Source of the DNA: Escherichia coli
GTDB taxonomy: Bacteria > Pseudomonadota > Gammaproteobacteria > Enterobacterales > Enterobacteriaceae
Strand: one strand, 5' to 3'
DNA: 64,000 nt
NCBI RefSeq assembly: GCF_011045215.1
Contig: NZ_CP049201.1
In this document: positions 28,641 through 41,062 of the stretch, piece after piece
Layout: each line of letters opens with the position of its first letter
How positions within the stretch are numbered: the first letter of the stretch is position 1
The notes under the pieces: model-generated
The model's database searches: none
What the model saw: the letters and a program-made list of their open reading frames with translations, nothing else
What the model was told of the DNA's origin: nothing
Made by a program: the position numbers and the translations under genes

Positions 28641-29576
28641 ATGCAAGAAAATCAAAAGAATACGAAGAAAGAGATATACAATCTGAACAAATTACAAAAA
28701 CGCCTGCGTCGTAACGTGGGCGAAGCCATTGCTGACTTCAATATGATTGAAGAAGGCGATCGCATCATGGTTTGCCTCTCCGGGGGTAAAGACAGCTATA
28801 CCATGCTGGAGATTCTGCGCAATTTGCAGCAAAGCGCGCCAATCAATTTTTCGCTGGTGGCTGTTAACCTCGATCAAAAGCAACCGGGCTTCCCGGAACA
28901 CGTTCTGCCCGAGTATCTTGAAAAGCTGGGCGTTGAGTACAAGATTGTTGAAGAGAACACTTACGGTATCGTGAAAGAGAAGATTCCAGAGGGCAAAACC
29001 ACTTGCTCACTGTGTTCTCGGCTACGTCGCGGTATCCTTTATCGCACCGCAACGGAACTGGGGGCGACGAAGATCGCGTTGGGCCACCATCGTGACGATA
29101 TCCTGCAAACGTTGTTCTTAAATATGTTCTACGGCGGTAAGATGAAAGGTATGCCTCCGAAACTGATGAGCGATGATGGCAAACATATCGTTATTCGTCC
29201 GCTGGCCTACTGCCGCGAGAAAGATATTCAGCGATTTGCCGATGCAAAAGCGTTCCCGATTATTCCGTGCAACCTGTGCGGTTCACAGCCTAACCTGCAA
29301 CGTCAGGTGATTGCTGACATGTTGCGTGACTGGGATAAACGTTATCCAGGGCGTATCGAGACGATGTTCAGCGCGATGCAGAATGTGGTGCCGTCGCATC
29401 TGTGCGATACCAACCTGTTCGATTTCAAAGGCATCACCCACGGTTCTGAAGTGGTTAACGGGGGTGATCTTGCGTTTGATCGCGAAGAGATCCCACTACA
29501 ACCGGCGGGCTGGCAGCCAGAAGAAGATGAAAATCAGTTGGATGAGTTACGGCTGAATGTGGTTGAAGTGAAATAA
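28641..29576 (+). CDS. ttcA: tRNA 2-thiocytidine(32) synthetase TtcA
   Basis: PP-loop SGGKDS and CxxC motifs; 311 aa. Confidence 0.9.
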   Translation: MQENQKNTKKEIYNLNKLQKRLRRNVGEAIADFNMIEEGDRIMVCLSGGKDSYTMLEILRNLQQSAPINFSLVAVNLDQKQPGFPEHVLPEYLEKLGVEYKIVEENTYGIVKEKIPEGKTTCSLCSRLRRGILYRTATELGATKIALGHHRDDILQTLFLNMFYGGKMKGMPPKLMSDDGKHIVIRPLAYCREKDIQRFADAKAFPIIPCNLCGSQPNLQRQVIADMLRDWDKRYPGRIETMFSAMQNVVPSHLCDTNLFDFKGITHGSEVVNGGDLAFDREEIPLQPAGWQPEEDENQLDELRLNVVEVK

Positions 29577-29584
29577 CCCGGATA

Positions 29585-29695
29585 GCGCCCGATGCGCAAG
29601 CGTATCGGGCTACTCTAATGGAGGCCGGATAAGACGCGGCCAGCGTCGCATCCGGCAATCCCGAATAAGATGTTTACTCTTGCACCCGGCAATTC
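29585..29695. repeat. REP-like palindromic units in the ttcA-dbpA intergenic
   Basis: gccggataagacgcg...cgcatccggc imperfect palindromes. Confidence 0.5.
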
Positions 29696-29704
29696 AACAT
29701 TTCA

Positions 29705-31078
29705 TTATTTTAATAACCGCACCCGGCACGTTTTTCCTTTAATCTTCCCGCCCTGTAACTGTTTCCATGCTTTATGAGCAACAGCCTGACGGACCGCGAC
29801 ATAGACATGCGCCGGATGCACGGCGATTTTGCCAATATCTGCGCCATCAAGCCCGATATCTCCTGTCAGTGCACCTAATACATCACCCGGGCGCATTTTG
29901 GCTTTTTTCCCGCCATCGATACACAACGTTGCCATTTCTGCTTCCAGCGTCGCAATGGAACTATTAGCTGGCGGCGTTTGCCAGTTAAGTTTTATCTGCA
30001 ACATGTCAGAAATGATATTGGCCCGCTGTGCTTCTTCCGGAGCACAGAAACTGATCGCCAGACCGCTATTTCCTGCACGAGCTGTACGACCGATGCGATG
30101 TACATGAACTTCAGGGTCCCACGCCAGCTCAAAGTTCACCACCAGCTCAAGCGATTTAATATCCAGACCACGCGCAGCAACATCAGTCGCGACCAGTACA
30201 CGGGCGCTACCGTTAGCAAAACGTACCAGGGTCTGATCGCGATCGCGTTGCTCCAAATCGCCGTGTAATGACAATGCACTTTGCCCTACTTCATTCAGCG
30301 CGTCGCAGACAGCCTGGCAATCTTTTTTGGTATTGCAAAACACCACGCAAGAGGATGGCTGATGCAAGCTTAATAACCGTTGCAACAGAGGAATTTTGCC
30401 TTTGCTGGATGTCTCATAAAATTGTTGTTCAATGGGTGGCAAAGCATCTGTTGAGTCAATTTCAATCGCCAAAGGATCGCGTTGCACTCGTCCGCTGATT
30501 GCAGCGATGGCTTCCGGCCAGGTTGCCGAAAACAGAAGCGTCTGTCGAGATGCTGGCGCAAAACGGATGACATCATCAATGGCATCGCTAAATCCCATAT
30601 CCAGCATGCGGTCGGCCTCATCCATCACCAGCGTATTCAACGCATCCAGTGATACCGTGCCTTTTTGCAGGTGATCCAGCAAACGCCCCGGCGTTGCCAC
30701 GATAATATGCGGCGCATGTTGCAACGAATCACGCTGCATACCGAACGGTTGACCACCGCACAACGTCAAAATTTTGGTATTTGGCAGAAAACGCGCCAGC
30801 CGACGCAATTCACCTGCCACCTGATCCGCCAGTTCACGCGTAGGACACAGCACTAAAGCCTGGGTTTGAAATAGCGACGCATCAATTTGCTGTAACAAGC
30901 CGAGGCCAAAAGCCGCCGTTTTGCCGCTGCCGGTTTTCGCCTGCACGCGAACATCTTTTCCGGCAAGGATCGCCGGAAGCGCGGCGGCCTGCACCGGCGT
31001 CATGGTTAAATAACCCAACTCATTAAGGTTCGTGAGTTGGGCGGGAGGCAAAACATTCAGGGTAGAAAAAGCGGTCAC
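29705..31078 (-). CDS. dbpA: ATP-dependent RNA helicase DbpA
   Basis: DEAD-box motifs (AKTGSGKT, DEAD, SAT). Confidence 0.9.
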   Translation of the reverse strand: MTAFSTLNVLPPAQLTNLNELGYLTMTPVQAAALPAILAGKDVRVQAKTGSGKTAAFGLGLLQQIDASLFQTQALVLCPTRELADQVAGELRRLARFLPNTKILTLCGGQPFGMQRDSLQHAPHIIVATPGRLLDHLQKGTVSLDALNTLVMDEADRMLDMGFSDAIDDVIRFAPASRQTLLFSATWPEAIAAISGRVQRDPLAIEIDSTDALPPIEQQFYETSSKGKIPLLQRLLSLHQPSSCVVFCNTKKDCQAVCDALNEVGQSALSLHGDLEQRDRDQTLVRFANGSARVLVATDVAARGLDIKSLELVVNFELAWDPEVHVHRIGRTARAGNSGLAISFCAPEEAQRANIISDMLQIKLNWQTPPANSSIATLEAEMATLCIDGGKKAKMRPGDVLGALTGDIGLDGADIGKIAVHPAHVYVAVRQAVAHKAWKQLQGGKIKGKTCRVRLLK

Positions 31079-31338
31079 AATCTATTCTCGTGGTCATCGA
31101 CGCAAAGTTAGCAGGCGCGTATCCTCGCAGATCTACGCTCACGATGCGACAATTTAATCGGTTCTTCATCGGGTGGTGGGTCAGGCATGGGTTGCGGGCG
31201 AGGGATCGGATCGGGCACTGGAACAGGATCGCCAGGAATCGGTTCAGGGACAGGAATTTGCAAATAAATAAGTGTCGTCATATTTCCCTCTGGTCATTGG
31301 GTGGACTCTTAAAGGGTAGACGCTGATAAATAACAGGC

Positions 31339-31459
31339 AAAAAAAAGCCGACTCATCAAAGTCGGCGTCGTACGAATCAATTGTGCTATGCAGTAATTCA
31401 AAAAAGGAAGTAAGACAATATGGAGCGCAACGCCCATCGCTTGACGTTGCATTCACCTG
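31339..31459 (-). ncRNA. fnrS: FnrS small RNA
   Basis: Reverse complement reads GCAGGTGAATGCAACGTCAAGCGATGGGCGTTGCGCTCC...GACGCCGACTTTGATGAGTCGGCTTTTTTTT with terminal hairpin; lies between zntB and dbpA as expected. Confidence 0.75.
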
Positions 31460-31555
31460 CAAGAGAGATATTGCCCTGAATGGGTAGAGAGTTTATTGAC
31501 TTCGCTCAAACTTTGCGGCGTTTTTGTATACAGACAGCCGGAAAAATTGCTTTTG

Positions 31556-32560
<1,005 letters not shown>

Positions 32561-32793
32561 TTATTTTGTAGTCTAGCCTTCTGGCCCTGTTACGCAACAT
32601 CTCATCACCCCATTACCCTGAAATGATTAATAAAATTCTGTCTAAATTGAATACAAAAAGCAAAATGCTTTTCCGTATACAAACCGTGTGAAGTGTTAAA
32701 TAGCGTCTATCATTATCAGAATTATCTGATCATATGACGTGGCTTTTTTGCGATCGGATAGCAACAAAAATTGATAAAAATAATGGGATCTCA

Positions 32794-34026
32794 ATGATTA
32801 CGCACAACTTCAATACCCTGGACTTACTCACCAGTCCTGTCTGGATCGTTTCGCCCTTTGAGGAACAGTTAATTTATGCCAATAGCGCGGCGCGACTGTT
32901 GATGCAAGACCTCACGTTTAGTCAGCTACGAACCGGTCCCTATTCCGTCTCCTCACAAAAAGAACTGCCGAAATACCTCTCCGATCTGCAAAACCAACAC
33001 GATATTATCGAAATCCTCACTGTTCAGCGTAAAGAAGAGGAAACAGCATTAAGCTGTCGGCTTGTTTTGCGAGAGCTGACAGAAACAGAACCGGTGATTA
33101 TTTTCGAAGGTATCGAAGCGCCGGCAACGCTGGGGTTAAAAGCCAGTCGCTCGGCAAATTATCAGCGCAAAAAACAAGGTTTTTATGCGCGCTTTTTTCT
33201 GACTAACTCTGCACCAATGTTGTTGATTGACCCGTCACGAGATGGACAAATCGTCGATGCTAACCTCGCCGCGCTCAATTTCTATGGTTATAACCATGAA
33301 ACGATGTGCCAGAAACATACCTGGGAAATAAATATGCTCGGGCGTCGCGTCATGCCTATCATGCATGAAATTTCGCATTTACCCGGCGGTCATAAACCTT
33401 TGAATTTTGTTCATAAACTGGCGGATGGATCTACTCGTCATGTGCAGACCTATGCCGGACCGATTGAAATTTATGGCGACAAGCTCATGTTATGTATTGT
33501 GCATGATATTACTGAGCAAAAACGGCTGGAGGAGCAGCTGGAACATGCTGCTCACCATGACGCGATGACCGGATTACTGAATCGGCGACAGTTTTATCAC
33601 ATTACGGAACCAGGCCAAATGCAGCATCTCGCCATCGCTCAGGATTACAGCTTGTTGCTCATCGACACCGATCGTTTTAAACACATTAACGATCTCTATG
33701 GGCATTCTAAAGGTGATGAGGTGTTATGTGCCCTCGCCCGCACCCTCGAAAGTTGCGCTCGCAAAGGCGATTTGGTGTTTCGTTGGGGAGGCGAAGAGTT
33801 TGTCTTATTGCTACCAAGAACCCCACTGGATACCGCGCTTTCGCTGGCTGAAACTATCCGCGTAAGCGTGGCAAAAGTGAGTATTTCGGGCTTACCACGC
33901 TTTACCGTCAGCATTGGTGTGGCGCATCACGAAGGAAATGAAAGCATCGATGAACTGTTTAAACGCGTTGATGATGCTTTGTATCGGGCGAAAAATGATG
34001 GACGCAACCGCGTGCTGGCGGCATAA
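32794..34026 (+). CDS. dgcM: diguanylate cyclase DgcM (PAS-GGDEF)
   Basis: GGEEF motif (RWGGEEFVLLL) and PAS domains; start at internal MITHNF. Confidence 0.85.
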   Translation: MITHNFNTLDLLTSPVWIVSPFEEQLIYANSAARLLMQDLTFSQLRTGPYSVSSQKELPKYLSDLQNQHDIIEILTVQRKEEETALSCRLVLRELTETEPVIIFEGIEAPATLGLKASRSANYQRKKQGFYARFFLTNSAPMLLIDPSRDGQIVDANLAALNFYGYNHETMCQKHTWEINMLGRRVMPIMHEISHLPGGHKPLNFVHKLADGSTRHVQTYAGPIEIYGDKLMLCIVHDITEQKRLEEQLEHAAHHDAMTGLLNRRQFYHITEPGQMQHLAIAQDYSLLLIDTDRFKHINDLYGHSKGDEVLCALARTLESCARKGDLVFRWGGEEFVLLLPRTPLDTALSLAETIRVSVAKVSISGLPRFTVSIGVAHHEGNESIDELFKRVDDALYRAKNDGRNRVLAA

Positions 34027-34046
34027 GCCGCGGATGCGTCTCGAGA

Positions 34047-34610
34047 TCAACGACTGCGCTTAGCGTGGCGCTCCCAGTTTTCTTGCTTCGCCTGCGCCGT
34101 TTTACGTAGTGCGACGTAACACGCCCCGCTGCCGCCATGATGCGGTAGCGCGGTGCAATATGCCTGAACATCATCAAATTCGGTCAACCAGCGCGCCACA
34201 TAGCTGCGGACAATATTGGCATGCGATTTATCTTCCCGCCCTTTACCATGAATAATCAGCACATTACGCAAACCATCCGCCAGGGCTTGTTGAATAAAAC
34301 TGAACACCATTTTGCGGCACTCTTCCACCGGCTGGCGCAAAAGATTCAGGCTCGCCTGTTGCGGATATTTACCACTGCGCAGCTTATCCAGCACCCCATG
34401 TTGCAACCCTTCCCGCCGAAACTCCAGCGGCTGACTTAGCGGGATGATGTCGAGAAATCCGGTGGTGAGGAAATTATCAAGCTGCAGCGTGTCGATACGC
34501 TGCGGCGCACGTTGGTTACGCGTTGGATGCCAGTGGACATCGGTAGCACGTTTCAGCGGCTGGACATCTTCCATGGCGTCAAGAAACAACGATTTGTCGT
34601 CAAGGTTCAT
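34047..34610 (-). CDS. smrA: Smr-domain DNA endonuclease SmrA (YdaL)
   Basis: 187 aa; C-terminal Smr domain (LIIHGKG). Confidence 0.8.
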   Translation of the reverse strand: MNLDDKSLFLDAMEDVQPLKRATDVHWHPTRNQRAPQRIDTLQLDNFLTTGFLDIIPLSQPLEFRREGLQHGVLDKLRSGKYPQQASLNLLRQPVEECRKMVFSFIQQALADGLRNVLIIHGKGREDKSHANIVRSYVARWLTEFDDVQAYCTALPHHGGSGACYVALRKTAQAKQENWERHAKRSR

Positions 34611-34837
34611 GTTACATCCTCCCGCAATTAAGAGCGCGATATGATAACCAGACCGGGTCGGTCCAACAACGTATTACCCAAAATTCCAGTAATAAGTTCC
34701 AAATATTGCCGATATTTTAAGCAAAATGCTTATGCATGATTATTCATTCACGATATTAATAATGTAACTTATATTTTCGTGAAATCTGTCACTGAAGAAA
34801 ATTGGCAACTAAAGGTTAAAACCGTTATAACACAGTC

Positions 34838-34933
34838 ACCGGCGCAGAGGAGACAATGCCGGATTTAAGACGCGGATGCACTGCTGTGTGTACTGTAGAG
34901 TCTGGCGGATGTCGACAGACTCTATTTTTTTAT
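34838..34933 (+). ncRNA. mcaS: McaS (IsrA) small RNA
   Basis: ACCGGCGCAGAGGAGACAATGCCGGATTTAAGACGCGGATGCACTGCTGTGTGTACTGTAGAGTCTGGCGGATGTCGACAGACTCTATTTTTTTAT between smrA and abgR. Confidence 0.7.
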
Positions 34934-34939
34934 GCAGTT

Positions 34940-35848
34940 TTAACTTTGCAGATAGCCGCATTCTCGCCGGAATTGCGTGATTAATGACGCGGTCAGTGGT
35001 GTCTGGCGACTATCACGCCGCTGAATCAAATAATAGGCCGCTTTCGGTAAAATTTCGCTAACCGGCAACATCACCAGCCCCTGTCCGTGCAAGGGATCGC
35101 AGCCCATTTCTTCAGGCAGTATGCTGAGAAAATCGCTTTTTGCCACCAGACTGATACAGGCTGAGAACGTCTCGCAGACTACACCGACCTGTGGCGTTTG
35201 CGCCTGATCGTCAAGCAATTCACTCAACTGTTTGTAGTAGCTGCCGTGTGGCGTCGGCATTGTCCAGCTGTAATCCAGTAACTGTTTGATCGAACGGGCA
35301 CCAATGGCGGGGTGTCCCGGGCGGCAAAAGATCGCGAATTGCTTTTCCAGTAATTTCTCAAAAGTAAATTCGTGGTCGTACGGTCCCTGATAATAGGTAT
35401 TGATGGTGAAATCCAATTCTCCCTGACGCAATTCATTAATCATCGACACCAGTTGCCCTTCCATAATGCGTACTTTTACCTGCGGATGCTGCTGATGAAA
35501 ACGAGATATGACAGCTGGCATCAGACTGCGGGAAATACTGGCCCCCATGCCGATATTAATCTGCCCTGCCAGTTGCCCTTGTCGTTGGCGAATATCCTCT
35601 TGGGCTGCGCGCAGCTCTTCAAGAATAAGACTGGCGTGCTGATAAAAACTTTCACCGGCATCAGTTAACGTCACGCCTTTACTACGGCGAAAAAAGAGTT
35701 GCGCCGCTAACCCTTCTTCCAGCTCCTGAATAGATTTACTCAGTGCCGGTTGCGACATATTCAACATTCGGCTCGCTCCGCGAATGCTGCCCTGACGAGC
35801 CACTTCAACAAAAGCCCGAATTTGATGAATTTTTACCTGAAAAGCCAT
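34940..35848 (-). CDS. abgR: LysR-type regulator AbgR
   Basis: LysR HTH N-terminus; divergent from abgABT. Confidence 0.85.
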   Translation of the reverse strand: MAFQVKIHQIRAFVEVARQGSIRGASRMLNMSQPALSKSIQELEEGLAAQLFFRRSKGVTLTDAGESFYQHASLILEELRAAQEDIRQRQGQLAGQINIGMGASISRSLMPAVISRFHQQHPQVKVRIMEGQLVSMINELRQGELDFTINTYYQGPYDHEFTFEKLLEKQFAIFCRPGHPAIGARSIKQLLDYSWTMPTPHGSYYKQLSELLDDQAQTPQVGVVCETFSACISLVAKSDFLSILPEEMGCDPLHGQGLVMLPVSEILPKAAYYLIQRRDSRQTPLTASLITQFRRECGYLQS

Positions 35849-36023
35849 GACGCCACCGATAACCGTTATTTATCAGACCAAAGAAACTGGCATCTACTTT
35901 AATGCAGATGATTGTGTCAGGGTGATTTATGAACGGTTAAAACTGTGAAAAATCAGTTAGTGATAAGTAAAAACTATCGCTACGTGAACCGGGTCACACT
36001 TTTCACTGATGACGGGAAAGGTT

Positions 36024-37334
36024 ATGGAGTCTTTGAATCAATTTGTTAATTCGCTTGCCCCAAAATTATCGCACTGGCGACGTGATTTTCATCACTATGC
36101 AGAGTCTGGCTGGGTGGAATTCCGCACTGCCACCCTTGTTGCGGAAGAATTGCACCAGCTCGGCTATTCACTGGCGCTGGGTCGCGAAGTAGTTAATGAA
36201 AGTAGCCGGATGGGATTACCTGATGAATTCACTCTACAACGCGAATTCGAGCGCGCTCGTCAACAGGGTGCGCTAGCACAATGGATTGCGGCTTTTGAAG
36301 GTGGTTTCACTGGTATCGTCGCCACCCTGGATACCGGTCGCCCCGGTCCGGTGATGGCTTTCCGTGTCGATATGGACGCGCTGGATCTCAGTGAAGAGCA
36401 GGATGTCAGCCATCGCCCCTACCGCGACGGTTTTGCGTCATGTAACGCCGGAATGATGCATGCCTGTGGTCATGATGGACATACCGCCATTGGGCTTGGG
36501 CTGGCGCATACCCTTAAACAGTTCGAGTCCGGGCTACATGGCGTCATCAAACTGATTTTTCAGCCTGCAGAGGAAGGTACGCGTGGCGCGCGGGCGATGG
36601 TCGATGCAGGTGTAGTGGATGATGTTGATTATTTTACTGCCGTGCACATTGGCACTGGCGTACCTGCGGGCACCGTGGTGTGCGGCAGTGATAATTTTAT
36701 GGCAACCACCAAATTTGACGCGCACTTCACCGGGACCGCCGCTCACGCAGGCGCAAAACCAGAAGACGGTCACAATGCCTTGTTGGCGGCAGCACAAGCA
36801 ACTCTTGCACTACATGCAATCGCCCCGCACAGCGAAGGAGCTTCCAGAGTAAACGTGGGCGTTATGCAGGCAGGAAGCGGTCGTAATGTTGTTCCTGCCT
36901 CGGCGTTGCTGAAAGTGGAAACACGCGGGGCCAGCGAGGTCATTAATCAATATGTTTTTGACCGTGCACAACAAGCGATTCAGGGCGCAGCAACCATGTA
37001 TGGTGTCGGCGTTGAAATTCGTCTGATGGGTGCAGCTACCGCCAGTTCTCCTTCGCCGCAATGGGTCGCATGGTTGCAAAGTCAGGCGGCTCAGGTCGCG
37101 GGGGTCAATCAGGCCATTGAACGTGTCGAAGCGCCTGCGGGTTCCGAAGATGCCACATTAATGATGGCCCGCGTGCAGCAACATCAAGGGCAAGCCTCCT
37201 ACATGGTGTTTGGCACACAGCTGGCGGCAGGTCATCACAACGAAAAATTCGATTTTGACGAGCAGGTTCTCGCTATTGCCGTCGAAACGCTGGCGCGCAC
37301 CGCGCTCAATTTTCCCTGGACGCGAGGTATCTGA
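36024..37334 (+). CDS. abgA: p-aminobenzoyl-glutamate hydrolase subunit A (M20 peptidase)
   Basis: M20 family motifs (HACGHDGH); operon with abgB and abgT. Confidence 0.85.
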   Translation: MESLNQFVNSLAPKLSHWRRDFHHYAESGWVEFRTATLVAEELHQLGYSLALGREVVNESSRMGLPDEFTLQREFERARQQGALAQWIAAFEGGFTGIVATLDTGRPGPVMAFRVDMDALDLSEEQDVSHRPYRDGFASCNAGMMHACGHDGHTAIGLGLAHTLKQFESGLHGVIKLIFQPAEEGTRGARAMVDAGVVDDVDYFTAVHIGTGVPAGTVVCGSDNFMATTKFDAHFTGTAAHAGAKPEDGHNALLAAAQATLALHAIAPHSEGASRVNVGVMQAGSGRNVVPASALLKVETRGASEVINQYVFDRAQQAIQGAATMYGVGVEIRLMGAATASSPSPQWVAWLQSQAAQVAGVNQAIERVEAPAGSEDATLMMARVQQHQGQASYMVFGTQLAAGHHNEKFDFDEQVLAIAVETLARTALNFPWTRGI

Positions 37335-38779
37335 TGCAGGAAATCTATCGTTTTATCGACGATGCGATTGAAGCCGATCGCCAACGTTATACCGATATTG
37401 CCGATCAAATCTGGGATCATCCAGAAACACGTTTTGAAGAGTTCTGGTCAGCGGAACATCTGGCTTCGGCGCTGGAATCTGCAGGCTTCACCGTTACCCG
37501 CAACGTAGGCAATATCCCAAATGCCTTTATTGCTTCGTTTGGTCAAGGCAAACCGGTCATCGCCCTGCTGGGAGAATATGACGCCCTGGCAGGTTTAAGT
37601 CAGCAAGCTGGTTGCGCGCAACCTACATCCGCGACGCCCGGTGAAAATGGTCACGGTTGCGGACACAATTTGCTGGGAACCGCCGCCTTTGCCGCTGCAA
37701 TAGCCGTCAAGAAATGGCTGGAACAATATGGGCAAGGCGGCACGGTGCGCTTTTATGGTTGTCCTGGCGAAGAAGGCGGCTCGGGTAAAACGTTCATGGT
37801 TCGCGAGGGGGTATTTGATGATGTGGATGCGGCACTTACCTGGCACCCGGAAGCCTTTGCCGGTATGTTCAATACCCGCACGCTGGCAAACATTCAGGCA
37901 TCATGGCGCTTTAAAGGGATCGCAGCACATGCCGCGAATTCCCCTCATTTGGGACGCAGCGCCCTTGATGCCGTAACGTTGATGACCACTGGCACCAACT
38001 TCCTCAACGAACATATTATTGAAAAAGCGCGCGTACACTATGCCATCACAAATAGCGGCGGGATCTCGCCCAACGTGGTCCAGGCGCAGGCAGAAGTGCT
38101 TTATCTTATCCGCGCCCCCGAAATGACCGACGTGCAGCATATTTATGATCGGGTCGCCAAAATCGCCGAAGGTGCGGCATTGATGACCGAAACCACGGTT
38201 GAATGCCGCTTCGACAAAGCCTGTTCCAGTTATCTCCCGAATCGCACCTTAGAAAATGCCATGTACCAGGCCCTATCCCATTTTGGTACCCCGGAATGGA
38301 ACTCCGAAGAACTGGCTTTTGCGAAACAAATTCAGGCTACGCTCACCTCCAACGATCGGCAAAACAGTCTGAATAATATCGCCGCAACCGGTGGCGAAAA
38401 CGGCAAGGTTTTTGCACTACGTCATCGTGAAACGGTACTGGCGAATGAAGTCGCTCCATATGCCGCCACCGATAACGTGCTTGCGGCATCGACTGATGTC
38501 GGCGACGTCAGTTGGAAACTGCCTGTTGCCCAGTGTTTCAGCCCCTGTTTTGCCGTCGGTACACCGCTACATACGTGGCAACTGGTTAGCCAGGGGCGAA
38601 CATCTATTGCTCATAAAGGAATGCTGCTGGCGGCGAAAACTATGGCAGCAACCACAGTCAATCTCTTCCTTGATTCAGGGCTATTGCAAGAATGCCAACA
38701 AGAGCATCAGCAAGTAACGGACACGCAACCGTATCACTGCCCTATCCCGAAAAACGTGACACCGTCACCTTTAAAATAA
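37334..38779 (+). CDS. abgB: p-aminobenzoyl-glutamate hydrolase subunit B (M20 peptidase)
   Basis: M20 family motifs (GCGHNLLG); start overlaps abgA stop. Confidence 0.85.
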   Translation: MQEIYRFIDDAIEADRQRYTDIADQIWDHPETRFEEFWSAEHLASALESAGFTVTRNVGNIPNAFIASFGQGKPVIALLGEYDALAGLSQQAGCAQPTSATPGENGHGCGHNLLGTAAFAAAIAVKKWLEQYGQGGTVRFYGCPGEEGGSGKTFMVREGVFDDVDAALTWHPEAFAGMFNTRTLANIQASWRFKGIAAHAANSPHLGRSALDAVTLMTTGTNFLNEHIIEKARVHYAITNSGGISPNVVQAQAEVLYLIRAPEMTDVQHIYDRVAKIAEGAALMTETTVECRFDKACSSYLPNRTLENAMYQALSHFGTPEWNSEELAFAKQIQATLTSNDRQNSLNNIAATGGENGKVFALRHRETVLANEVAPYAATDNVLAASTDVGDVSWKLPVAQCFSPCFAVGTPLHTWQLVSQGRTSIAHKGMLLAAKTMAATTVNLFLDSGLLQECQQEHQQVTDTQPYHCPIPKNVTPSPLK

Positions 38780-38809
38780 CAACAACAACGCAAACACAAC
38801 AACCGAGGA

Positions 38810-40342
38810 ATGCCCATGAGTATGTCATCCATACCGTCGTCCTCCCAATCCGGGAAGCTCTATGGCTGGGTCGAAAGAATTGGTAACAAGGTTCCCCATC
38901 CTTTTCTGCTCTTTATCTATTTGATTATCGTACTCATGGTGACGACGGCAATTTTGTCGGCCTTTGGCGTCAGTGCGAAAAACCCGACCGATGGTACGCC
39001 GGTGGTGGTGAAAAACCTGCTCAGTGTGGAAGGATTACACTGGTTTTTACCCAATGTTATTAAAAACTTTAGCGGTTTTGCTCCACTTGGTGCGATCCTG
39101 GCGCTGGTTTTAGGTGCCGGTCTGGCGGAGCGCGTCGGCTTACTGCCAGCACTAATGGTTAAAATGGCATCGCATGTTAATGCCCGCTACGCCAGTTATA
39201 TGGTGCTGTTTATTGCTTTTTTCAGCCACATTTCTTCCGATGCGGCGTTAGTGATCATGCCACCGATGGGTGCGCTGATTTTTCTGGCGGTGGGCAGGCA
39301 TCCAGTTGCAGGTTTACTGGCTGCCATTGCAGGCGTAGGTTGCGGCTTTACGGCTAATTTACTGATTGTCACAACCGACGTGTTGCTGTCGGGGATCAGC
39401 ACGGAAGCGGCGGCTGCGTTCAATCCGCAAATGCACGTCAGTGTAATTGATAACTGGTATTTTATGGCCAGCTCCGTAGTCGTACTGACGATTGTTGGCG
39501 GCCTGATAACCGACAAAATCATCGAGCCACGGTTAGGTCAATGGCAGGGAAACAGCGATGAGAAACTGCAGACATTGACCGAAAGTCAGCGTTTTGGTTT
39601 ACGCATAGCAGGTGTCGTATCGCTACTTTTTATTGCTGCGATTGCGCTGATGGTGATCCCGGAAAACGGGATATTGCGCGATCCGATTAATCACACCGTG
39701 ATGCCATCACCCTTTATTAAAGGTATCGTGCCACTGATCATTCTTTTTTTCTTTGTTGTCTCGCTGGCTTATGGCATCGCTACCCGCACAATTCGACGTC
39801 AGGCGGATTTACCGCATTTAATGATTGAACCGATGAAAGAGATGGCGGGATTTATCGTGATGGTTTTTCCCCTCGCCCAGTTTGTCGCCATGTTTAACTT
39901 GAGCAACATGGGGAAATTCATCGCCGTGGGGCTGACCGATATACTGGAAAGTTCAGGGCTTAGCGGCATCCCGGCGTTTGTCGGTCTGGCGTTGCTTTCC
40001 TCTTTCTTATGCATGTTTATTGCCAGCGGTTCCGCAATCTGGTCGATTCTGGCCCCCATTTTCGTACCAATGTTTATGCTACTTGGCTTTCACCCGGCAT
40101 TTGCGCAAATCCTCTTTCGTATTGCCGACTCATCCGTATTGCCTTTAGCGCCGGTATCTCCTTTTGTTCCACTGTTTCTTGGATTCCTGCAACGCTACAA
40201 ACCAGACGCGAAACTGGGTACTTACTATTCGTTAGTCTTGCCCTATCCGCTTATCTTTTTGGTGGTATGGCTGCTAATGTTGCTGGCGTGGTATCTTGTT
40301 GGTCTGCCGATAGGTCCGGGGATTTACCCACGTTTGTCTTAA
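38810..40342 (+). CDS. abgT: p-aminobenzoyl-glutamate transporter AbgT
   Basis: Polytopic membrane protein, about 510 aa. Confidence 0.85.
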   Translation: MPMSMSSIPSSSQSGKLYGWVERIGNKVPHPFLLFIYLIIVLMVTTAILSAFGVSAKNPTDGTPVVVKNLLSVEGLHWFLPNVIKNFSGFAPLGAILALVLGAGLAERVGLLPALMVKMASHVNARYASYMVLFIAFFSHISSDAALVIMPPMGALIFLAVGRHPVAGLLAAIAGVGCGFTANLLIVTTDVLLSGISTEAAAAFNPQMHVSVIDNWYFMASSVVVLTIVGGLITDKIIEPRLGQWQGNSDEKLQTLTESQRFGLRIAGVVSLLFIAAIALMVIPENGILRDPINHTVMPSPFIKGIVPLIILFFFVVSLAYGIATRTIRRQADLPHLMIEPMKEMAGFIVMVFPLAQFVAMFNLSNMGKFIAVGLTDILESSGLSGIPAFVGLALLSSFLCMFIASGSAIWSILAPIFVPMFMLLGFHPAFAQILFRIADSSVLPLAPVSPFVPLFLGFLQRYKPDAKLGTYYSLVLPYPLIFLVVWLLMLLAWYLVGLPIGPGIYPRLS

Positions 40343-40352
40343 GAGAGAACGG

Positions 40353-40868
40353 ATGCTGAGATTACTTGAAGAAAAAATTGCCACGCCACTGGGTCCACTG
40401 TGGGTGATTTGCGATGAGCAATTTCGTCTGCGGGCGGTTGAATGGGAAGAGTACAGCGAACGCATGGTGCAGCTGCTGGACATCCATTATCGCAAAGAAG
40501 GCTATGAGCGCATTTCTGCCACCAACCCAGGCGGTTTAAGCGACAAGCTTCGTGATTATTTTGCCGGTAATCTTAGCATTATTGATACGCTTCCCACTGC
40601 CACAGGGGGGACGCCATTTCAGCGCGAAGTCTGGAAAACACTACGCACTATCCCCTGCGGGCAGGTAATGCATTACGGCCAACTGGCTGAACAATTGGGC
40701 CGCCCTGGCGCGGCGCGTGCCGTTGGTGCGGCAAACGGATCGAATCCCATCAGCATCGTCGTACCTTGCCATCGGGTTATTGGCCGAAACGGCACCATGA
40801 CCGGATATGCAGGCGGAGTTCAGCGAAAAGAGTGGTTATTGCGCCATGAAGGTTATCTTTTGCTGTAA
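40353..40868 (+). CDS. ogt: methylated-DNA--protein-cysteine methyltransferase Ogt
   Basis: Active-site PCHRV motif. Confidence 0.9.
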   Translation: MLRLLEEKIATPLGPLWVICDEQFRLRAVEWEEYSERMVQLLDIHYRKEGYERISATNPGGLSDKLRDYFAGNLSIIDTLPTATGGTPFQREVWKTLRTIPCGQVMHYGQLAEQLGRPGAARAVGAANGSNPISIVVPCHRVIGRNGTMTGYAGGVQRKEWLLRHEGYLLL

Positions 40869-41062
40869 ACATTAAACAATTTGTGCCAGCTTGTTCACAC
40901 TTTTATGTAAAGTTACCCTTAACAACTTAAGGGTTTTCAAATAGATAGACATATATTTACATCTAATATCGGAATTCTCTGCTGTTAAGGTTTGCTTAGA
41001 CTTACTTGCTCCCTAAAAAGATGTTAAAATTGACAAATATCAATTACGGCTTGAGCAGACCT

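Noticed and set aside
41006-41062. N-terminal extensions of fnr, and similarly of uspE, tyrR, mppA, ycjX, ycjR, mpaA, ycjG, dgcM and abgA, suggested by the longest-ORF track
   Set aside because: The conserved protein N-termini start at internal Met codons (for example MIPEKR for FNR and MRLEVF for TyrR); the upstream ATGs are in leader sequence.
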